A DNA stretch of 6,589 bases from Candidatus Iainarchaeum sp. (GTDB lineage: Archaea; Iainarchaeota; Iainarchaeia; Iainarchaeales; CSSED10-239), in assembly GCA_028693335.1 (NCBI GenBank), contig JAQUVR010000033.1:1-6589 (forward strand), in the 5' to 3' direction. Of the stretch, positions 1 through 5,605 are shown one piece after another. The position numbers and the translations under genes were made by a program. The notes beneath the pieces were generated by a model. The model saw nothing but the letters and a program-made list of their open reading frames with translations, made no database searches and was not told the DNA's origin. How positions within the stretch are numbered: the first letter of the stretch is position 1; the number at the start of each line of letters is the position of its first letter.

Positions 1-662
1 GATATACACCAAGAAATAGAAAACAACAACAAAAACTCTTGTGATTTTGCAACAAATTTAACAAATCTTGGTAAAAGATATATGGATATTATTGATAAAA
101 ATATTATCAAAAAGATTCCTATTCCAATATTTATTAAAACGCCAATATTAAATCCATCTTTTAATGAAGAAATAACAATTAAAATAATTATTGCAACAAT
201 ATCTTGAACAACTAAAAAACCAACAGATATTTTTCCATAAAGAGCATCTAATGCATTCTTGTCTGATAGCAATTTCATAATAATTATTGTACTACTAAAT
301 GCAAGAGCAATAGACACATATAAAGAAACAATTACTGAAAAACCAAGTAATAAACAAACTAAAAAACCAATTCCTGTTGTAAAAACAATTTGTCCAATTC
401 CAGTAAATAAGGATACTTTTCCAACTTCTTTAAGAACTTTTGGATTAAGATTTAATCCTACCAAAAACAATAATAATGCAACTCCAATTTGTGCGAAAAT
501 AGAAATAAAATCTCCTTTTGCTACATTTAAAAAATACGGGCTTACAATAATTCCAGTCAATATATATCCAATTAATAATGGTTGTTTTAGTGCGCTCATA
601 ATTGCAGTAATAATTACTGCAATAAACACTATAATCCCTAATTCAATAAATGCTTCAATCAT
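1..662 (-). CDS. Cation/proton antiporter, CPA2 (Kef-type / Na+/H+ exchanger, PF00999-like); N-terminal ~220 aa only, 3' end lies beyond the window start
   Basis: Hand translation of the minus strand from the ATG at 660..662 stays open to position 1. It reads MIEAFIELGIIVFIAVIITAIMSALKQPLLIGYILTGIIVSPYFLNVAKGDFISIFAQIGVALLLFLVGLNLNPKVLKEVGKVSLFTGIGQIVFTTGIGFLVCLLLGFSVIVSLYVSIALAFSSTIIIMKLLSDKNALDALYGKISVGFLVVQDIVAIIILIVISS...AKSQEFLLLFSISWCI. The KQPLLIGYILTGIIVSP, GLNLNP, SSTIIIMKLL and GFLVVQDIVAI blocks are typical of KefB/CPA2 transmembrane domains. The ORF is missing from the supplied track because it has no stop inside the window. Confidence 0.85.
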   Translation of the reverse strand, partial: MIEAFIELGIIVFIAVIITAIMSALKQPLLIGYILTGIIVSPYFLNVAKGDFISIFAQIGVALLLFLVGLNLNPKVLKEVGKVSLFTGIGQIVFTTGIGFLVCLLLGFSVIVSLYVSIALAFSSTIIIMKLLSDKNALDALYGKISVGFLVVQDIVAIIILIVISSLKDGFNIGVLINIGIGIFLIIFLSIISIYLLPRFVKFVAKSQEFLLLFSISWCI

Positions 663-700
663 AAAAATCCTTTTTTAAAATAAAATAAAAGAAATAAGTG

Positions 701-708
701 TTTATAAA
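701..708 (-). promoter_or_regulatory. Candidate TATA box (TTTATAAA) for the antiporter gene, with an AGGA Shine-Dalgarno-like element at 668..671
   Basis: The minus strand of the 49-bp spacer reads AATTTATAAACACTTATTTCTTTTATTTTATTTTAAAAAAGGATTTTT-ATG. The TATA-like octamer sits about 42 nt upstream of the ATG and AGGA sits 5 nt upstream. AT-rich background makes TATA calls weak. Confidence 0.3.
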
Positions 709-711
709 TTG

Positions 712-1800
712 TTATTTTTTTAACTTGATTTTTTTAATTTGTTTCTTTTCTTTTTTTTTATAAACTAGTTCTTGCATTAATTTATCTAATCTATTAAAAA
801 ATAACTTTTTATTTTCAAAATTATGTTTGTTAAGTTTTTCTTTGTATTTTGGTAATTTTTTGATAAATCTTTTTATTTTTGCAGAAGTAATAGATGTGTG
901 GCTTTCACCGAAACCCAGTTTTTCTAAATAATAAGCATTTGTGTGTTGTTCAAACTGATTTTTAACTGGTAAGGAAAAGATTGGTTTTTTTAAAAAAATT
1001 GCTTCAGACATTAAAGAATGTCCACCATTACTTATAACTGCCTTACAATTTGCTAGTTCTTTTGTGTTGTTTCCGGTTTTTTTATAAACAATATTTTCTT
1101 CTGTTTTCTCAATATTTAACCCATAGACATGAAATGTCTCATTTTTTATTTTTTTAAGTTCTGAAATTATTTTGTTGTTTTTGTCTTGGAATCTATTATA
1201 AACTAATATATAATTATTATTTTTTGATTTAACCTCATAAAATTCATCCCTTAATATTGGGTCAAATATTTCTGTTCTTGCTTTTCTGATTTTTGGTCTA
1301 TAAAAACAAAGTGCTAAATACCAATCTGCTCTAAAACATCTAAGTTTGCCAACCATTTTTGCAATAAATAAATTAGTTAAATCTTTTATTTTAAATTCAA
1401 CATCTGTTCTAAAAATTGCGGCATGATTATCTATAGCAATACATGGTATTTCATGGACTTTTGCAAGAGTGATTGTAGTTGTTTCAAAATCAGATATTAT
1501 TAGCTCTGGTTTTATTTTTTTAATTAGATTTTTTACAATTTTGTGATTTTTTGGATTTGTTTTAAAAGATGCTAAAAAATCTATAACTGTTTTTAATTGT
1601 TTTACTTCGTTTGCACCATAAGCTATTGATAGTGAATTAATGATTGTTATATTTTTGTATTTTTTTTTAAGAAAATCTTTTGTTTCTTTTCCTGTGACAA
1701 TATATACTTTGTGACCTTTTTTGATTAAATAATCAATAATTGGCATATCTCTTGTTGCGTGTCCAAGACCATCAGAACAAATTCCATATATAATATTCAT
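712..1800 (-). CDS. GT-B fold glycosyltransferase, MJ1255/TIGR00661-like (MurG/GT28-GT1-related), 362 aa with a polybasic C-terminal tail
   Basis: Complete ORF, a long open frame for a genome this AT-rich. The N-terminus MNIIYGICSDGLGHATRDMPIIDYLIKKGHKV carries the G-x-GH-xxR acceptor-domain motif of MJ1255/MGT-type glycosyltransferases. The C-terminal half has ISNGGHSLMSEAIFLKKPIFSLPVKNQFEQHTNAYYLEKLGFG, a nucleotide-sugar binding signature of MurG-like GT-B enzymes. The tail YKKKEKKQIKKIKLKK is Lys-rich and could be a membrane-surface anchor. Confidence 0.8.
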   Translation of the reverse strand: MNIIYGICSDGLGHATRDMPIIDYLIKKGHKVYIVTGKETKDFLKKKYKNITIINSLSIAYGANEVKQLKTVIDFLASFKTNPKNHKIVKNLIKKIKPELIISDFETTTITLAKVHEIPCIAIDNHAAIFRTDVEFKIKDLTNLFIAKMVGKLRCFRADWYLALCFYRPKIRKARTEIFDPILRDEFYEVKSKNNNYILVYNRFQDKNNKIISELKKIKNETFHVYGLNIEKTEENIVYKKTGNNTKELANCKAVISNGGHSLMSEAIFLKKPIFSLPVKNQFEQHTNAYYLEKLGFGESHTSITSAKIKRFIKKLPKYKEKLNKHNFENKKLFFNRLDKLMQELVYKKKEKKQIKKIKLKK

Positions 1801-1857
1801 AAAAATCGTGCTTTATTATATATTTTTTAAAAAAAGACTTTAAAAACAAATCATTTT

Positions 1858-1881
1858 TATATTATTTATTATATTATTTAT
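1858..1881. repeat. Perfect tandem duplication of the 12-mer TATATTATTTAT (2 copies) in the divergent promoter region
   Basis: Read directly: 1858..1869 and 1870..1881 are identical. The repeat ends 13 nt before the kinase ATG at 1895. Confidence 0.6.
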
Positions 1882-1894
1882 TTGGTAGATATTT

Positions 1895-2464
1895 ATGATA
1901 ATATTAATTTGTGGATTTACAGCATCAGGAAAAAGCTTTGCATCAAGATTTGTTGCAAAAAAACTTAATTACAAAATGATTCACACTTCTGATATTCTAA
2001 GGCAAATATTAGAAAAAAACAGCACAAAGAACATAGATCTAAGTAACACACAAATGAATACTGGTTGGTTTGAAAAATCTGGTGTTGATATAAAAAGAAA
2101 TAAAGACAAAAATATTGATAAACAATTAGATAAATATCTTTTAAACCTTGTAAATAAAGAAGATAATTTTGTTTTAGATTCTTGGACTATGCCCTATCTT
2201 TCAAAAAAAGGAATAAAAATTTGGTTACATGCAACATTAGCAGAAAGATCTAAAAGAGCTGCTCTAAGAGGCGACATGTCTTATAATGAAGCAGTTAGAT
2301 TAACACAAAAAAAAGATGAATTTTCCAGAAATCATTTCAAAAAACTATATGGTTTTACTTTAGGTAAGGACTTAGATAAATTTGATTATGTTTTAGATAC
2401 AAATAAATTAACAATTCCCCAAGTAGAAAATGCGGTTTTAAATTTTGTTAAAAATCACAAATAA
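1895..2464 (+). CDS. P-loop nucleoside-monophosphate kinase, archaeal-type cytidylate kinase-like (cmk-like), 189 aa
   Basis: Walker A motif GFTASGKS lies at residues 7-14. Overall layout matches archaeal CMP kinases: N-terminal P-loop, a central VLDSW NMP-binding segment, then IKIWLHATLAERSKRAALRG...KKDEFSRNHFKKLYG...DYVLDTNKL, resembling the IWLxAPxExRAxRIxxR...ER...RYxxxYGID...YDLVIDT blocks. Substrate specificity is not certain. Confidence 0.65.
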   Translation: MIILICGFTASGKSFASRFVAKKLNYKMIHTSDILRQILEKNSTKNIDLSNTQMNTGWFEKSGVDIKRNKDKNIDKQLDKYLLNLVNKEDNFVLDSWTMPYLSKKGIKIWLHATLAERSKRAALRGDMSYNEAVRLTQKKDEFSRNHFKKLYGFTLGKDLDKFDYVLDTNKLTIPQVENAVLNFVKNHK

Positions 2465-3300
2465 CTTTTTCTATTTTTTAATTGATCTAACACAGAATAA
2501 TCTAATTTAAATTCTCCGATTTTGTTTTCTGGAAATAAACTATATCCATGAAAATCAGAACCACCTGTTTCAATAAGATCTATTTTTTTTGCAACATCTT
2601 TAACTTTTTTGATAAATGGTTCTTCTGTTGGGTCGTGTGGGCCAATAGTTTCAACACCAGATAATCCTTGTTCTTGTAATTTATATAAATAGCTTTCTAT
2701 ATCTTCTTTAACATTTCTTGGAAGAAGCCAAGGATGAGGAAGAACCGCGACACCACCACCATTGATTATTTCTAAAATTGTTTTTTTTGTTGTTATTCTC
2801 TTTGGATGATAATTAACTTTTATTTTTTTAATAATGTTAACAAATGCATCTTGTAAAGATTCTGCGTAACCTTTATTTTTTAATTCCATCCCAATATGAG
2901 TTCCCATAATTTTTTTATTTGGCCCAGTGTGTTTTTCTACGTCTTCTAAAGATATATCAAAACCATTATCTTTTAACCAATATATTTTTTGAATATTTAC
3001 ATCATTTGCTCCAGAAAAATTATCTGAAATTATTTTAAGTAATGGATCATATGTTAAATCAAAATAATATCCTAAGATTTCACTACCTAAGCAATTAATT
3101 TCAACACCATGTATCAATTCAACAGAATGCTTTTTTGCATAATCAAATATTTTTTTATCAGAATATACTTCTATACAATCATGATCTGTTATTGAAAGGC
3201 AATTAATTTTTTTTTCTTTACATTCTTTTATTAAATACTCTGGAGAATGACAACCATCTGAATAATATGTGTGTGAATGAAGATCACAATATTTTTTCAT
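2455..3300 (-). CDS. PHP-domain metal-dependent phosphoesterase (TrpH/YciV, COG0613-like), 281 aa
   Basis: The N-terminus MKKYCDLHSHTYYSDGCHSPEYLIKECKEKKINCLSITDHD has the canonical PHP motifs DLHxHTxxSDG and ITDHD. An internal LPHPW and the C-terminal GGSDFHG complete the metal-binding His/Asp set. The 3' end overlaps the convergent kinase gene by 10 bp. Confidence 0.85.
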   Translation of the reverse strand: MKKYCDLHSHTYYSDGCHSPEYLIKECKEKKINCLSITDHDCIEVYSDKKIFDYAKKHSVELIHGVEINCLGSEILGYYFDLTYDPLLKIISDNFSGANDVNIQKIYWLKDNGFDISLEDVEKHTGPNKKIMGTHIGMELKNKGYAESLQDAFVNIIKKIKVNYHPKRITTKKTILEIINGGGVAVLPHPWLLPRNVKEDIESYLYKLQEQGLSGVETIGPHDPTEEPFIKKVKDVAKKIDLIETGGSDFHGYSLFPENKIGEFKLDYSVLDQLKNRKSYL

Positions 3301-3306
3301 AAAAAA

Positions 3307-3516
3307 TCATTGCATTGTTTTTGTTGCTAATTTTATATCTTCACTAGTAACTGTTTTTCTTTTTGCGTGTTGTGCTAATTCAATTGCTTGTTTTGAAATG
3401 TCCATAGCAACTTCTGATAATATTTTACTAAGTTCTTCTGCTGCATCTTCTGAAACTCTTTCAGCACCTGCTTTTCTAATAAGTCTATCTATTGCTGCGA
3501 TCGGTAAATCTGCCAT
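3307..3516 (-). CDS. Archaeal histone (HMfA/HMfB family, single histone fold), 69 aa
   Basis: MADLPIAAIDRLIRKAGAERVSEDAAEELSKILSEVAMDISKQAIELAQHAKRKTVTSEDIKLATKTMQ aligns along its whole length with HMfB ([69 protein letters not shown]). The AGAERVS and RKT-x-x-x-EDI motifs are both present. A strong Shine-Dalgarno site lies upstream. Confidence 0.95.
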   Translation of the reverse strand: MADLPIAAIDRLIRKAGAERVSEDAAEELSKILSEVAMDISKQAIELAQHAKRKTVTSEDIKLATKTMQ

Positions 3517-3522
3517 ATATAA

Positions 3523-3528
3523 CCCTCC
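3523..3528 (-). promoter_or_regulatory. Shine-Dalgarno site GGAGGG for the histone gene
   Basis: The minus strand reads GGAGGGTTATAT-ATG, giving a 6-nt spacer. It is complementary to the archaeal 16S 3' end (CCUCC). Confidence 0.7.
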
Positions 3529-3555
3529 ATTTTTTAAAATAAGAAAAATTATCTC

Positions 3556-3591
3556 TTTTTATATTATTTGTATGTGTTAATATATAAAAAC
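3556..3591 (-). promoter_or_regulatory. Candidate histone promoter region with two TATA-like elements
   Basis: The minus strand contains TTTTTATATATT (about 3580..3591) and AATAATATAAAAAG (about 3556..3569), 40-75 nt upstream of the histone ATG. I cannot tell from sequence which one is used. Confidence 0.35.
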
Positions 3592-3620
3592 ATAACACTT
3601 GGTTAAGTTTTTAATTATTC

Positions 3621-3638
3621 CATATATATATTTATATA
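3621..3638 (+). promoter_or_regulatory. Candidate TATA region (CATATATATATTTATATA) for the orphan-hydrolase-tRNA unit
   Basis: A TATA-like tract lies 13-30 nt upstream of the ATG at 3651, implying a very short or absent leader. A weak GTGA Shine-Dalgarno-like element sits at 3641..3644. Confidence 0.3.
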
Positions 3639-3650
3639 AAGTGAAATTAT

Positions 3651-4544
3651 ATGACCTTATCTGACACTATATTATTACAAATAAGTCAAAAAAGAACATC
3701 CTTTAATGATTTGCTAACAAGAATTATGCCTAACTATTCAAGTACAGCATCAGCAAAGGCTGCTTTATCTAGGGCAATTAAAAATTTAGTGGCATTTGAT
3801 CATATTATAAAAAAAGAGGACTTTTACGAAATTACTGATAAAGGCAAAAAAATAGTAGAATCCAAATTAAAAAACAAAATGTTAATTACCATAAATGATT
3901 TATTAAAAAAATCTCAATCAAATACAACTTTAATACACTTAGATGATATTATAAAAAACATACAAATATTTTTAGAGAGATCAAAAGAAGATCCAACTCT
4001 TTTAATGGCAGGTAAAACTAGTGCAACTTTCTATATTTCTGATCTTGAAGAAGTAAAAGAAAGTATTGAAAAAAGAGTTTCAAATCTTAATAGATTGGAG
4101 CAAGTTTTAGATAAGCAAATTTTATCATTAAAAGAACTTAATTTTGAAGATCAAGCAATATCTAATTTAGATAGTGATGCTTTTGAGATTATAAATGAAC
4201 TAATTAATCTATATTCAGTATCTGAAATTATGATTGATTGTGATAAAGAAGATATAAACTCAGGAATGTTATTTGAGAATCATTATGAATTTATTAAAAA
4301 ACCAGATAATGTTTTTATTCTTAAATCCACAGATCTAAATGCATTAAAAAAATTAGTGTTAACCAATTTAGAATCAATTATGCAAACAAGATTTAAAATT
4401 TATATAAAAGAAGCTATTATTTATTTAAAACTTGGTAAATTGTATTACACTGGTCCCTATGATATAATTAACAAAGTTAAAGACAAATTTCCATCTTTAA
4501 AAAAAAATGATATAATAAGTATATCTAGAAGAGATCTATTATGA
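3651..4544 (+). CDS. Hypothetical protein, 297 aa; putative N-terminal winged-helix DNA-binding domain, central coiled-coil-like helical segment, unassigned C-terminal domain
   Basis: A 297-codon open frame is very unlikely by chance in DNA this AT-rich. Residues ~4-70 (DTILLQISQKRTSFNDLLTRIMPNYSSTASAKAALSRAIKNLVAFDHIIKKEDFYEITDKGKKIVE) have a helix-turn-helix plus beta-wing pattern like MarR/PadR/TrmB-type wHTH domains. Residues ~125-165 are heptad-like (EEVKESIEKRVSNLNRLEQVLDKQILSLKEL). I recognise no catalytic motif. The stop overlaps the next start (ATGA, 4541..4544). Confidence 0.75.
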   Translation: MTLSDTILLQISQKRTSFNDLLTRIMPNYSSTASAKAALSRAIKNLVAFDHIIKKEDFYEITDKGKKIVESKLKNKMLITINDLLKKSQSNTTLIHLDDIIKNIQIFLERSKEDPTLLMAGKTSATFYISDLEEVKESIEKRVSNLNRLEQVLDKQILSLKELNFEDQAISNLDSDAFEIINELINLYSVSEIMIDCDKEDINSGMLFENHYEFIKKPDNVFILKSTDLNALKKLVLTNLESIMQTRFKIYIKEAIIYLKLGKLYYTGPYDIINKVKDKFPSLKKNDIISISRRDLL

Positions 4545-5197
4545 AGATAAAATATTTTGGCCACTCTTGTTTTTATATTGAAGACGAAATAAAAATATTA
4601 ATTGATCCATTTATTCTAGATACTCAAAAACTGATTTGTCCAATAGATGTTGTTTCAGACATTATATTAGTAAGCCATGATCACAGAGATCATTTAGGAG
4701 ACACAATAGATATTGCAAAAACAAATGGTTCAAAAGTAGTTGCAATTGCTGAATTAGCTGCAGAGATTTCAAAATTTGGCATTTCGGTGATTTCTGGAAA
4801 TGTTGGTGGAACTGTTGAATATCAAGGAGTTAAAATTACTTTTGTAAAAGCAGATCATTCTTGTAATAAAGGTGTTGCTGTTGGGTTTGTAATTCATTTA
4901 AATGATAATGTAATTTATTTTGCTGGAGACACTAGTGTTTTTTTAGATATGAAAATTATTAAAGATCTATATAATCCAAATATTGCTTTATTACCAATTG
5001 GTGGGGTGTATACCATGGATCCAAAACAAGCAATATATGCTTTGAAATTATTAGAACCAAAAATAGTTATTCCCATGCACTACAATACCTTTGAAAACTT
5101 AACTGGAAAACCAAAAGATCTAGAGGTGTTAATAAAAAAAGAGAATCTGCAGATTACGCAAATTACACTAAATCTTGGACAAGAAATAAATTTGTGA
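4541..5197 (+). CDS. UPF0173-family metal-dependent hydrolase (metallo-beta-lactamase fold), 218 aa
   Basis: MKIKYFGHSCFYIEDEIKILIDPFI matches the characteristic UPF0173 N-terminus (MKITWxGHSxFxIE...ILIDPF). The HxHxDH zinc motif is present as SHDHRDHLGD, followed by downstream ADHS, GDT and PMHYNTF blocks. Confidence 0.9.
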   Translation: MKIKYFGHSCFYIEDEIKILIDPFILDTQKLICPIDVVSDIILVSHDHRDHLGDTIDIAKTNGSKVVAIAELAAEISKFGISVISGNVGGTVEYQGVKITFVKADHSCNKGVAVGFVIHLNDNVIYFAGDTSVFLDMKIIKDLYNPNIALLPIGGVYTMDPKQAIYALKLLEPKIVIPMHYNTFENLTGKPKDLEVLIKKENLQITQITLNLGQEINL

Positions 5198-5200
5198 TTT

Positions 5201-5272
5201 GCAACTATAGTCTAGTGGTTAGGATGTAAGCTTCCCAAGCTTGAGACTCGGGTTCGAATCCCGGTAGTTGCA
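5201..5272 (+). tRNA. tRNA-Gly (anticodon CCC at 5234..5236), 72 nt, no intron, CCA not encoded
   Basis: Hand-folded cloverleaf, listed 5' to 3'. Acceptor stem GCAACTA/TAGTTGC (7 Watson-Crick pairs); TA; D stem GTCT/GGAT; D loop AGTGGTTA with the conserved GG. Anticodon stem TAAGC/GCTTG; 7-nt loop TTCCCAA; variable region AGAC. T stem TCGGG/CCCGG; T loop TTCGAAT; discriminator A73. Confidence 0.9.
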
Positions 5273-5278
5273 TTTCAA

Positions 5279-5302
5279 TTTTTTTCTTTTTGAAAAAGAA
5301 AA
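5279..5302 (+). terminator. Oligo-T tract (T7-C-T5) merging into a perfect palindrome TTTTCTTTTT-G-AAAAAGAAAA; likely terminator of the orphan-hydrolase-tRNA unit
   Basis: The T run begins 6 nt after the tRNA 3' end, and archaeal RNA polymerase terminates at oligo-dT tracts. The 10-nt arms at 5282..5291 and 5293..5302 are exact reverse complements. Confidence 0.55.
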
Positions 5303-5354
5303 GCATTGATTAAACAGAAAATAATTAAATGTTACAAAATATCTTAAGTAATAA

Positions 5355-5558
5355 ATGATTTTTATGAAACTAGGAAAATATAAACATTATAAGGGAAAGA
5401 TTGTTGAAGTTATTGGTGTTGGTAAACATTCAGAAACATTGGAAAAATTTGTAATTTACAAAGAAGGCAAAAATTTTTGGATTAGGCCAGAAAAAATGTT
5501 TACTGAAAAAATTTTATTAAACAATAAAATGGTTTCTAGGTTTACCTATTGTAAATGA
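5355..5558 (+). CDS. DUF1653 domain protein, 67 aa (alternative start at 5364 gives 64 aa)
   Basis: GKYKHYKGKIVEVIGVGKHSETLEKFVIYKEGKNFWIRPEKMFTEKILLNNKMVSRFTY matches the DUF1653 pattern (YRHYKGxxYxVxGxAxHSETxExxVVY...WVRPxxMF...G..VxRFxxI). The start is ambiguous between MIFMKLG and MKLG. Confidence 0.8.
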   Translation: MIFMKLGKYKHYKGKIVEVIGVGKHSETLEKFVIYKEGKNFWIRPEKMFTEKILLNNKMVSRFTYCK

Positions 5559-5594
5559 TAGATTATTTTTATAAAAATATTAAAAAAATTTAAA

Positions 5595-5599
5595 AGGAG
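5595..5599 (+). promoter_or_regulatory. Shine-Dalgarno site AGGAG for the DUF4349 gene
   Basis: The sequence reads TAAAAGGAGAACAAT-ATG, with a 6-nt spacer to the ATG at 5606. Confidence 0.65.
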
Positions 5600-5605
5600 A
5601 ACAAT

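Noticed and set aside
259-678. The + strand 139-aa ORF from the supplied track
   Set aside because: It has a low-complexity I/N/K/T/P-rich translation with no motif. It lies exactly antisense to a convincing CPA2 antiporter reading frame, so it is a shadow ORF.
751-3215. Homopolymer runs of 8-9 A/T inside coding sequences (751..759, 1660..1668, 2781..2788, 3207..3215, plus 4499..4507 outside the span given) as phase-variation or frameshift sites
   Set aside because: All of them encode in-frame Lys-Lys-Lys (AAA) stretches in intact ORFs, and such runs are expected in a genome this AT-rich. They remain plausible sequencing-error hotspots, but no frame disruption is visible.
3307-3516. Visibly higher G+C in the histone gene as a sign of horizontal transfer
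   Set aside because: It is explained by the conserved Ala/Arg/Glu-rich histone-fold sequence. Third codon positions remain A/T-biased like the neighbouring genes.
3398-3580. The + strand 60-aa ORF from the supplied track
   Set aside because: It is antisense to the highly conserved histone gene and runs into the promoter region. Its Ser/Ala/Ile-rich translation has no features, so it is a shadow ORF.
3517-3650. A replication origin in the AT-rich divergent intergenic region next to the histone gene
   Set aside because: There are no ORB or mini-ORB-like repeats (no GTTCCAGTGGAAAC-type G/C-containing repeated boxes) and no adjacent orc1/cdc6 gene. AT-richness here is no different from the rest of the window.
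5231-5241. A possible intron or non-canonical anticodon loop in the tRNA
   Set aside because: The anticodon arm folds canonically with a 5-bp stem and the 7-nt loop TTCCCAA. Total length is 72 nt with no extra sequence and no bulge-helix-bulge motif.
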